A DNA stretch of 64,000 nt from Hypanus sabinus (Eukaryota): contig NC_082706.1 in assembly GCF_030144855.1 (NCBI RefSeq), positions 110,298,001 through 110,362,000 on the forward strand, given 5' to 3'. The notes below the pieces were generated by a model. The model was not told the origin of the DNA. It saw nothing but the letters and a program-made list of their open reading frames with translations, and did no database searches. A program made the position numbers and the translations under genes. Of this stretch, positions 47,295-58,079 are shown piece after piece (the stretch's first letter is position 1; every line of letters begins with the position of its first letter).

Positions 47295-47690
47295 GAATCA
47301 GATTTAATATCACCAGCATATGTTGTGAGATTTGTTGTTATGTGGAAGCAGTACATTACAATACATAATAATAAAAATTGTAAATTACAATAAAGATATA
47401 TATTTATATTTAAAAAGTTAACTTAAATAAATAGTGCAAAAAGAGAGAAAAAGTAGTGAGGTAGTTTTCATATGTTCAATGTCCATTCAGAAACCTGACA
47501 GCGGAGGGGAAGAAGGTAGCTGTTCCTGGCTCGTTGTGTGTGCCTTCAGGCTCCTGTACCTCCTTCCTGACGGGAGCAAATGAGAAGAGGGCATGTCCTG
47601 GTGGAGCGACGCCACCTCTTTGAGGCACCGTTCCTGGACGCTGGGGAGGATGAAGTCGACTGGTGTTCACAACTTTCTGCAGCTTATTTC
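47295..47690 (-). mobile_element. Rex1/Babar-like 3' fragment
   Basis: KLQKVVNT, PPGHALFS and FFPSAVRFLN motifs. Confidence 0.7.
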
Positions 47691-48089
47691 GATCCTGACC
47701 GACGACCCCCCCCCCCCTTCCTCTGGGGGAAGACCATACAGCACAATCATGTTGGGAGAAAGTCAGGAATTTTGCCGAGTGCATAATGAAGCAGCCTTAA
47801 GTTTTGTTACGAATAAAAATCAGGTGAATTAGGTAGAAGTTTGAAAGTATGGCTAAAGGGCTGAGACAGCCGGCAAATTGTCCTGCGCTGGATGAGTGTT
47901 TCATGTCAATGATTTCTATCAAAAATATGTTTCTGAAATGTTAACACATATACTGGTTACGGTTTGAGCATGGAGGTTGTCATGGTTTACACAACGCGGA
48001 AAACTGAATGGTTGGGGATTGGACTGAAGGTGCTGAAAATCAGTCAGCAGTTCCTTGTTTACATGATATATATAAAAAACTATAACTCG

Positions 48090-48365
48090 GGACACATTTT
48101 AACCTCACGAGCACTTCAACGCTTAAAATTAAAATACGCCGTCAATCACCCCGCAGGACGGCCACATGCTTGCGCTTCCACGACACGTTTCACGCATGGA
48201 ATTCCGTCACTCGGCGCCATTGGTCGTTGAGGTTACGTCAGCTCGCTGATTGGATACATTGATGGGATCACGTGAGACCATTGAGCTGTTACCTGTCAGG
48301 CTGATGTATGTGTACATTGGATGGTGTAGTTTGCAGTTGAAGTTACGAGTCCGGTCGCTTTAAAG
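48090..48365 (+). promoter_or_regulatory. CpG-rich ELP6 promoter
   Basis: Local CpG enrichment in an otherwise CpG-poor window. ATTGG (reverse CCAAT) at 48219, 48249 and 48316; CRE-like TTACGTCA 48233-48240; E-box TCACGTGA 48268-48275. Confidence 0.75.
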
Positions 48366-48419
48366 ATGTTTCAAGAACTGAATAATATTCTTAATACAAC
48401 TCCCGAAACGTGTGAGCAG
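48366..48419 (+). CDS. ELP6: Elongator complex protein 6, coding exon 1
   Basis: MFQELNNILNTTPETCEQ matches the recalled human ELP6 N-terminus MFVELNNLLNTTPDRAEQ. Donor CAG|GTAATG, phase 0. It lies in a CpG-rich promoter region. Confidence 0.95.
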
Positions 48420-48719
48420 GTAATGAGCTCTCTTACCGTTCCAGGCTTCCTGCAGAATGTGTCGGGGTGTGGGGAATGCACTGATTAAACCGGGATTGGC
48501 GGCAGAATTGAGCTTTTCTAGGGCCGCGGTGGGAATGAGAGAAAGCATACCCTTCTCTAAGTCAGTCGCTCCTCTAGTAGTGGAAACTAGAGTTGTGCTC
48601 AAGACTGCAGGAAATTGTAGACGCAGCCCAGCACGTCACATAAAGCAGCTTCTCTCTGTGGACTGCTTTTGCTGCCTTGATAAAGCAGCCAATATAATCA
48701 AAAGCCCCACTTTTCCTAG

Positions 48720-48880
48720 ACACACACAAAATGCTGGAGGATCTCAGCAGGCCAGGCAGCATCAATGGAAAAGAGTATAGCCGACGTTTCGGGACGAAAC
48801 CCTTCGGCCTACTGAGCTGCTCCAGCATTTTGTGTGTGTTTCTCGGATTTCCAGCGTCTGCAGATTTTTTGTTGTTTGTG
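48720..48880. mobile_element. Penelope-derived palindromic element in ELP6 intron 1
   Basis: Same inverted-arm family as 10625 and 23655. Confidence 0.7.
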
Positions 48881-49729
48881 ATTGAATTACTACTCTTCCT
48901 AGACATTCTCTCTCCTTCCATCAGGCAGAACATATTAAAAAACCTGAAAATACATCTTTCCAGTCTCAAGGACAGCATCTAATACGACTGAACGGCCCTC
49001 CAGTACAATAACATGGACTTTTGACCTCACATTCTAACTCATTAAGGTCTTGCCCTTATTGTCTACCTGCATTGCACTTTCTCTGTATGTGTAACACTTT
49101 ATTCTGCTTTTTGTTGTTCTCCCATGTACTATCTCCATGAACTGATCTGTATGGACGGATAACTAAGCTAGTTTTTCCCCTGTGGCTTAATATGTTTCAA
49201 TTTACTATTGAAATATTTGTTCCCCTACCTGTAGCTAATTTTCTTTACTTTGTGATTGGTGCTTGTGCTTTCAGCTACCTTGATCTCAAAAATCTTAAAC
49301 TGTATTCACACTTTACCTAATTCTCTTTTATACAGCTGTGCTTAAAGTTCTTGCATTTGACCAAGATATTTATTGGCCACTTGTCCAATATTTGCTGTGA
49401 TTTTGTCAAAATTAATTAATACTGCATTTCTAGGATGCCATAGTATCGTGTGCGCTATATGAATATTATTTCTACAGCTGGTCACAATGAGACAAACTGT
49501 GAGCCTCATTTAAGATTAGGAGATCCTAAAATACAAAATATTACAATACAGAAAATTATTAGAAAATTCAAGACTATTTCCTGTTGTCATTCTGATATCT
49601 TGGCATCCTTCTCTGCTTTAGAACTATAGCATACAGGCAGCCATTAAGTCCACAGTAGATCATTTCAAATGTACAATGGTGTTTTCCTCAAGACTCTCCA
49701 TTGCAGTACATCTTCTGCTTTGACTCTGC

Positions 49730-49990
49730 ACTATTTTATTTTAGTGAGGAACAGGCCCTTCCAACCCAGTGAGCCACACCACTCAGCAACCAACCTAGTT
49801 AACGCTGGCCTAATTACAGGACAATTTACAATGTCCAGTTAAACTACTAACAGGGGTACGTCTTTGTGAATGAAGCCAGAGCACCCAGAGGAAACTCACA
49901 CATTCACGGGAGGAACGTACAAACTGGACAGGAAATCGCGGAATTGAACTCTGAACTCCAGTGTCCCCAGTCGCACTAACTGGTGCACTA
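49730..49990 (-). mobile_element. V-SINE
   Basis: Reverse complement of the 12966 family (GGAGTTCAGAGTTCAATTCC, V-domain). Confidence 0.6.
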
Positions 49991-51379
49991 CTATTATGAA
50001 GTTGCTCCATATCTTCCTAGTCACAATCTTGACAGGAATTTAAATTGATCTTTGTAACTAGCCTACAGACTACACAAAATAACTATTTGCATTTTCTTTA
50101 CCTCTTCCTACTTAGTATCATAAGTTAAATTTAATGTATACTACTTTTTGGTTATGTAGTCGTGGTCTTCTGACCAAATTTAATTGCTTATCAGTCTATT
50201 CTGAATGTAGAGATATTCTCTATGTTCCCTATGGCTTTTATATGTGGAAGGTCTAAAATCATTTAACTGATGAAACAGAAAATGCTGCAAGTATTCAGCA
50301 GATTTGGCATCACCTTGAAGACAGTTAATGTTAAAGAAAGAGAGAGCTGGAGGAAATCAGAAGGTTGGGCAGAACCTGTGGAAGAAGAGGAATGGTTGAT
50401 GATTTGGATCAAGTCCTGATCCTGCATGCATTTATTACTGTAAACTTCCCTATCCAGAATTACTGTGAAGATTAAAGATAGTCAGTGTCCTTTCTTGAAT
50501 TGTCATCGGCATTCCTCAAATCTGCTCAGTTATCTCCATCTTAGTGTTTTGTTTCTGTGTCAAATCTGGGATATTGGGATTTTTTCACACCAATAACATC
50601 ACAACTGCACCCCACCCACCTTACCAATCGACCATCTCTTCCTAGATCATTAAATACTGGTTCACGTTGACCCTTTCTTATACTTGTAGTGAATTCTTTT
50701 CCTTCCTTCCACCATTCCTTTGATGTCTATTTTTATTTTGTTTGAGATACAGTGCTGAGCGGGTCCTTTGGTCCAACGAGCCGAACTGTCCAGCAACCGC
50801 TATGCTACAATGGCATTTTTGTTACACGTTGGCTCTTATTGCATCCAGGTATATTGCCTCAAAATGTCTCGATCTTGTTAAAGAAGAACATAACTTGTAA
50901 TACTCTTCTTCAAGTAAAGAAATAAAATAAAATCAGTAAACACAAGATCAATTGAGAAAACTGGAGCTAATGCTTCAGATACATTGCTCATTGTCAGTTA
51001 TGAAAAAATTATGAATCAACTGCGAGGGTTTAAAGATGGAGCAGGAGATATATGAGGTGATTGATAGAAAAGTTCAAGACTAATGAAAGCTCACCAAGAT
51101 GAATTTGAGAAGTTACCAAAAAACTCCGTAAGCGCAATATATATATATCTTGTTTTGTATTCACTTCCTCCTAATCCTACTCTATGTAACTTGGTTGGTT
51201 TTCAGCTTTTGTCTTGGCTTCCGAGGCTACACAATATTTTTCAATACTGATTTTTGTTGTGACATTCAAATCTGGCCACTTGGTGCTGCTGTAGATAGCT
51301 CCACAAACTTGTTTCGCAATATAGAAAGAAATCAAAGAGAATTTAGAACTTTGAAGAATATTCATGATGTCCAGGCTTT

Positions 51380-51835
51380 TAAAGTTCAAAGTAAAGGTAT
51401 TATCAAAGTATGCACGTATTACCATATACTACCTTGGCTTTCTTTTCTTGGAAGCATATACAGGAAAAAGGAAATGTAATGGAATTTTATGAAGAAACTA
51501 TATGTGCAGATAAAGACTGACAAACAGTTAATGTGCAAAAGAAGACAAACTGTCCAAATTAAAAAAAAAAGCATGAGTTGCAAAAGAGTTCTTTAAAGTG
51601 AGTCTGTAGGTCATAGAATCAGTGCAAAGTAGTGATAAATTCTGCTATTCATGCCATTTCAAGGCTCCTGTTTCTCCTGCCCGATAGTAGTAGCGAGAAG
51701 AGGGTATGGTCTGAATAGTGGGGTTGGCTGATCATAGACACAGATTTCCTGTGGCCATGCTCCATGTGAATGTACTCACTGGTAGAGAGGACTTCATGAT
51801 GGGCTGGGCTGTATCCACCATTTTCTGTAGGATTT
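51380..51835 (-). mobile_element. Rex1/Babar-like 3' fragment
   Basis: HTLFSLLLSGRR tail. Confidence 0.6.
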
Positions 51836-52657
51836 TCCATTTGATGTTGGTCACTTGATCAGAAAGAAGTTACTGTGCTACGTTTACCACTTACTGGTTT
51901 GTGTGTCATGTGATAAATTTAATTTCAAAGCCTACTCAATACCTTCCAAATTTCTACTCTTAGACTTTTTCAGGGCTCCATGATTTCTTCATTTCCTGAT
52001 GGTCAGAAATTAGCTGCGTCCTCTCAGTGCAGTCTTAGCCTGGCTCTTTCACCTGGCTGGTTAGTTTTTGTTAAATGCTAATCTCCTTGCTGTTGTTGTA
52101 ATTTTCAATCAGTGCTTGTCACAATGTCAGTCTTATGAGCAAGATCTTTCGGATAAGAAAATGGCGTAGAATGTTACAGTGGTGACCTACTATATTCTGT
52201 TGTCTTTAATTTCTTTCATCCCACTTCCCTTGATGTGCACTATTGAAGTTCCTTCTTCAAAAAAGACAAGTCATTTTTAAAATCATTTGTTGTTATCAAA
52301 TTTTGATGGAATCTTTCTTTGTCTCTTTTTTCTGGAACTTTGAGGGAGGAGTGTTTTAGCTTTTTTTAAAACTTAATATCCTAAAGGTGAATTAATTGAA
52401 GCACATGTTTACAACCTGTATTTTTTTATATATAAATGATGATGAAACTTGTATACTGCCCTGAGGATGTTTGTATGTAGATTAGCTTTGGCTTGTTACA
52501 GGTGTGTTTAAGGTAAATGGGATGATTGTAATATTTATGGCAGGTGGATAGGGCATGAGAAGATAAGGAGAATGATTATAAATCTGTTTGCCAGTAGGCA
52601 ATGTGTAATTAGCATTGTAAAATAGCATTCCTGCAGAAAGTGGGCTGCTCACTTTAT

Positions 52658-52820
52658 CAGCACACACAAAATGCTGATGGAACACAGCAGGCCAGGCAGC
52701 ACCTATAGGAAGAATGCGACAGTGCTTCTTCCTATAGGTGCTGCCTGGCCTGCTGTGTTCCACCAGCATTTTGTGTGTGCTGTTTGAATTTCCAGCATCT
52801 GCAGATTTCCCCATGTTTGC
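52658..52820. repeat. Near-perfect 57-bp inverted repeat (Penelope-derived)
   Basis: Arms 52658-52714 and 52726-52782, 56/57 complementary, 11-nt loop. Confidence 0.9.
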
Positions 52821-53029
52821 ACACTTTATCACTTCACAGTTATAATGTATTACTTTAGACATTATAGTCACTTAAGGTGTTGGGAATGGGAGTAGCTGTT
52901 TACGCATGGAAAAGTTACACAGGTAACACCATTCATATTGAAATGTGCTCTTTGCTTCACATGACCAGGGCGCAGCTTAATAGCTCATGAAAGATCTTCA
53001 ACCGGTAAAATAATGTTTTTCTTTCTCCA

Positions 53030-53550
53030 TGGATTTGGTAGTTGTCCATCGTGTGCGACAATGACAGAAAAGATGTGCAGGAGAGTTGTTAAAATGGAAA
53101 AGCCATTGCACTGGGGCATTTCTGCTCTCTTGACCTCAGAAGTTCGGGTCAAGTAACACAAAGGGCATCACAAACTGGGGTCTTTCTCGGTTACACTGGG
53201 CAACTGTGATGCCTTCTGTGCCTTGTCGTGTTCTTCTGTCTCTACGGAGCGTTGCGGTACTGCCTTCCGTGCTGTTGGATCTCACTGTAGATCTCATCCG
53301 CCCAGTCTGCCAGAGGTGACTTCACGTGCTGGGACAGGCATGTCCCTATCTCACTGGGGTATGAGGCCTCCGGCTACCCTCACCTGGTTTAGCCTGCCTG
53401 TCGAAGCGTTGTACCAGGGTGTAGCCGCAGTCGCAGGTAAGCAGCTGACTGGAGCTGAGTGTCCAGTGGGGACCAAAAGTGAGTGATCTGCCCCAGAATG
53501 GACACAGCAAGCCCCTTCACCAGAGGTGCTGCACCTTCCTGGACACCTCA
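53030..53550 (-). mobile_element. Probable RTE-clade 5' UTR fragment
   Basis: GGCTAAACCAGGTGAGGGTAGCCG-type segment on the - strand, recalled from RTE 5' regions; no ORF. Confidence 0.35.
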
Positions 53551-53972
53551 TACTCCCCTCTCCATGGTGAAATCTTGATGTACAGTATTTTTGGTTCTTT
53601 TCCTATTGAGACTGGAGACTAAGGATAAATCTGACTGAGGGTTTCTGTGGGGGGGGGAGTGGGGGTATCATGAACTGGGGACCCAACATTAAAGATGGCC
53701 ATTCATGAATAAAACTGGTCACCGCATTTATCACATGTAGTTGGTGTAAAAAGAGGCTTGAAATGGAGGAAAATGATGCTGATCTGGGCAAATGGGGTTT
53801 TTAGAACTTAGATCGATTCTCTTAACTTAAGAATGCCATAAAGAATATGGAGTTAGGTGAAGGATCATGGTGTAAACAAAGAGAAGGGAATGCCTCGGAT
53901 GTTTAGTGAAATCCATAATCTCGAAAGCTGTCATATACAACTTTGCAAGATGAAACAATTGTAAAAATGAGA

Positions 53973-55476
53973 AAGAAGGAAGGCAGCAGAAAGGAAAATA
54001 TAGACTAGTTAGTCTGACCTCAGTGGTTGGGAAGATGTTGGAGTCAATTGTTAAGGATGAGTTTATGGAGTACTTGGTGACAAATGACAAGATAGGACAA
54101 AGTCAGCATGGTTTCTTTACTGGAAAATCTTGTCTAACGAGCTTGTTGGAATTCTTTGAGGAGAATACAGGTAGGGTAGATAAAGAGGATGTAGTGCATG
54201 TTGTATATTTGGACTTTCAGAAGGCCTTTGACAAGACACCATACATGAGGCTGCTTACCAAGTTAAGAGCCCATGGTACTACAGGAAAGTTACTAGCATG
54301 ATTAGAGCATTGGCTGATTGGTAGGGGGCAGCGAGTGGGAATAAAAGGATCCTTATCTGATTGGCTGCCAGTGACTAGTGGTGTTCCGCAGGGTTTGGTG
54401 ATGGGACCACTTCTTTTTATGCTGTATATCAATGATTTAAATGATGGAATAGATGACTGTGGCCAAGTTTGCAGATGATATGAAGATTGGTGGAGGGGCT
54501 GGTAGTGTTGAGGAAGCGGGTAGGCTGCAGAAGGACTTAAACAGATTAGGAGAATGGGCAAGAAAGTGGGAAATAAAATACACTGTTGGTAAATGCATGG
54601 TCATGTACTTTGGTAGAAGAAATAAACATGTAAATGATTTTCTAAATGGGGAGAAAATCCAAAAATCTGCGATACAAAGGGATTTGGGAGTCCTTGTGCA
54701 GAACACCCTAAAGGTTAACTTGCAGATTGAGTTGGTGGTGAGGAAGGCAAATGCCATGTCAGCATTCATTTCTAGAATACAAGAGCAAGGATCTGATGCT
54801 AAGGCTCTATAAGGTACTGGTGAGGCTTCATTTTGAGTATTGTAAAGAATGCTGGGCTCTTCAACTTAAAAAAAGATGTATTAGAGGGGTTCAGAGGAGG
54901 CTCACAAGGATGATACCAGGAATGAAAGGGTTATCATATGAGGAACGTTTGATGGCTCTGGGTCTTTACTCATTGGAATTTAGATGGATGAGAAAGGGTC
55001 TCATTGAAACCTTTTGAATGTTATGTTACGTACCCCGTAACTGTGTGTCCAACCAGCAAAAATAGAAGTATCCGTTGGAGTCTGGTACTATTTTCAAAAC
55101 AGTGTTTATTAGTAAAATATACAAATCAATATCAACAATGCAAATATACAGATAATACACGTTAGCAATACTAAACCTAAAAGTGTGGGTATAATAATAA
55201 CCAATAATAAACAAGTTCTATCGTCTGGGGATAAGGAATTATCATGGGAAAGTATAAAGTTCAGTTCATGTAGGCTGAGGTAGTTGTTGGTCGACGTGTT
55301 GTAATTGTTGGAGAGAGAGAGAGAGAGCAAGCGAGCAAACAGTGACAGCTATTGACTTGCAAACCTTCCTTTACGATCTTGATCTGCCGATGTGTTGTTG
55401 TGGCCATTCATGTATGACCCCTCTGTCCTTTAGCTAGACCGTTCTTCTATGGTGGACTTGTCACCCAGGCAAGGGT

Positions 55477-55507
<31 letters not shown>

Positions 55508-56385
55508 AGCCCCCACCGGCCTCGCTATAAATACTGGGAGTTAAAATTGACCGATCCTTCGTTCGGTCTCCGATGCCCCACACTTTACTCATGGGTTCCA
55601 ACACTTAAGCAGTGCTCACCAGTGTGTCTCTTGGTGCGTCTCCTGGTGTGTCTGAGGGGTGTCTCCCCAGACCTCACTTTTATGCCTACTCACGGGGTCT
55701 CAGGTGTCAAATAGTTTTGAATGGCTTAGTCCATCAAACCAGCCCACTCCGGCTGTCCACTGAGGAATCTTAATGAACAGAATAGTACCAAGTAAACAGC
55801 CCTCTCCAAAAGACATAACAGTAAATCAATGGCTCCTCTCCTCTCTTATCAGCAGCAGATGTTCCAACTTGTTTTCCTCTTATCTGTGTCTCTCTCTTAT
55901 TCTTTCTCATGAGCAGCGTGGTAACAGTAAAAGTTTGTTATTCTCCCAGGGGAGGGGGAAACATGGGCAACTCTGTACCCTTCTGCCCATCAGAGTTGTT
56001 CATTCTTCATAACAGTTAAAAGGCCTAGACGGAGTAGATGTGGAAAGAATGTTTCCCATGGTGGGGGAGTCTGGATAAGAGGGCACAGCCTCAAGAGAGA
56101 GGAGCTTACATTTAAAACAGAAGTGGAGAAATTTCATTTGCCAGAAGATGGTGAAGTTGTGGAATTTATTACCACAGGCAGCTGTGAAGGCCACGTCGTC
56201 GGGTGTATTTAAGGCAGAGCTTGATAGGTCCTTGACTGGACATGGCATCAAAGGTTACGAAAAAGTTTAGGAAAAAGGCTGGGGAGTGGGGCTGACGAGG
56301 GGGATAAAAAAATGATCAGCCATGTTTAAATGGCAGAACAGACTTGGTGGGTGAAATGGCCTAATTTTACTGTCTTATGGTCTAA
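53973..56385 (+). mobile_element. CR1 LINE split by an LTR insertion
   Basis: QHGF...YLDFQKAFDK and KFADD. Coding continuity (LIETF*M|LKGLDGVDVERMF) resumes after 56014. Confidence 0.9.
55024..56014 (-). mobile_element. 991-bp solo LTR (Gypsy-like)
   Basis: TGTTACG...CATAACA termini; 4-bp TSD GTTA (55020-55023 / 56015-56018); internal (GA)n and (CA)n. Confidence 0.88.
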
Positions 56386-56555
56386 ATCCTTATCCCCTCT
56401 CAGGCCCTGCTCTTCCTCACCTGCCGGCCAACCCTTTGGTTTCTCCATTACACTGATGTGAACTTCCCTCTGATGGTGAGATATCGCAGAGTGTGTGGAA
56501 GGTAACTCATATAGGAATCTTGCTCTTAATGTTTTCCTTTTATTTTCTGAAACAG

Positions 56556-56634
56556 GGAATAAGTGTACTCCTTTGTGACAAGCAGACTGATGGAGGTTTC
56601 CTTGTGCATCATTTCCTTTCTTTTTATCTCAAAG
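56556..56634 (+). CDS. ELP6: Elongator complex protein 6, coding exon 2 (gene continues beyond window)
   Basis: Acceptor TTTTCCTTTTATTTTCTGAAACAG|, GISVLLCDKQTDGGFLVHHFLSFYLK(G) versus human GKLTLLCDAKTDGSFLVHHFLSFYLK. Donor AAG|GTGAGT, phase 1. Exon 3 was not found before 64000. Confidence 0.96.
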
Positions 56635-56789
56635 GTGAGTGGTGTTTCCGACTTGGGTGCAACTTTGTATTTGGTGTGTGCAGAATGCCAGAAGTCCTAT
56701 GCTCCTGAACACATTAAGCTTTCTGAGGTTGTACAGGTTCTTTTAGTGGAATAAGTATCTCGCTGATTTCAAGAGCTCATGTCATTATT

Positions 56790-56965
56790 CTGACCCACCT
56801 TTTTATTCTGGTATCTTCCCACTTCCTTCTCAGTCCTGAAGAGGGTCTCAGCCCAATACATTGACTGGTTGCACTTTTTATAGATGCTGCCTGGCCTGCT
56901 GAGTTACTCTGGCATTTTGTGTGCGTTGCTTTGGATTTCCAGCATCTGCCGACTCTCTTGTGTTT
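56790..56965 (+). mobile_element. Penelope pLTR fragment with mutated hammerhead
   Basis: CAGTCCTGAAGAGGGTCTCAGCCCAATACATTGACTG (GAAA core lost). Confidence 0.6.
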
Positions 56966-57477
56966 ACGATTGGACACATCATTATTGTGTGTTGTGATGG
57001 ATGGATGGAGGCTGGTTTATCATGGAATATCCAAGGTCAATTGAGATAACATACATACATTATAGCCGCCTCTGTTTATTCTGACAAGAATATATAATGT
57101 TGACTGTTTATTTATGATTAAAATTTAAGTTCTGGAAATACCTATCAGGTTCCATGCTATCTGTATGCAGATGTCTACTTTCAGGTCAATGGCCTTTCAT
57201 TAGAAGTGAGAATAATTGGAATTAAGTTTTATGATTAAGAAAGCAAGATAAGATAACAGGAAAGAAAGATGACTTGCTGTAAGGTAGAATTAACGCAAGG
57301 AGAAATGAATTGATAAAAGGTATGATCTTGCAAGATTAAAGAGACTTCTCCTTGAACATATTTAAAGATTTTTCCTCAACTGCTGTCTGTGGTAGAGAAT
57401 TTCGCTGGTTCACCAATCTGAAGAAGTTTCTCCTTATTTGAAAAAGGATCTACTGATTTTCACGGCATACATGATGA

Positions 57478-58072
57478 ATAAACTGTTCTTTGGCTTCCAG
57501 CCAGGTACAGATATCAATTTTAACTGAAGCTACAGTGACAAACTCTGCCAACTTCATCGGGAATGATGCCTGGGCTTGTCTAGTCCAGAAGCATTAAAAC
57601 CCCTGTCGTCTGTCCCTCTGGATTGGTCAGTCCTCTTCCAACCAGGTTTCCGCTGTCCCACCTTGCTTATATTTGAATTCCAGTTCTTACTTGGATCAAG
57701 ACCTTCGTCTTTGTTAAAATTCTTTTCCTCCAATTTTATCTCAATGGCTTCCTTCACCAGGCGGTCCCAAAAGCCATTGGTGCAGCAGAGTAGTTTTGTG
57801 CTTTCGTAGTCAGTCCCGTGGCCGTTATGTGTTCTGCTACTACCAATTTCTCCAGGTAAGCCAAATGATTAATCCAATTAAAGTCAAGGTGGGACAGCAG
57901 AAACTGATTGGATGTGGACTAACCAATCTGGAGGGATGAATGACTGGGATATAAATACCACGGGACTAGACATGCCCAGTCATCATTCCTCATGAAGATG
58001 GCAGAGTTTGTTATCGAAACATCTGTTAAAATCAATACCTGCACCCAGCTGGAAACCTGAGAAGAGTTTATT
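57478..58072 (-). mobile_element. Penelope-like element 3' fragment with inverted pLTRs
   Basis: KEAIEIKLEEKNFNKDEG (GIY-YIG C-terminus). About 190-bp inverted repeats at 57478-57665 / 57885-58072, each with a degenerate hammerhead. Confidence 0.8.
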
Positions 58073-58079
58073 TCAACTT

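Noticed and set aside
48146-48220. Divergent first coding exon MAPSDGIPCVKRVVEAQACGRPAG on the - strand
   Set aside because: It stops after 24 codons, has a weak donor and no recognised homology. CGCCAT is equally explained as a promoter motif.
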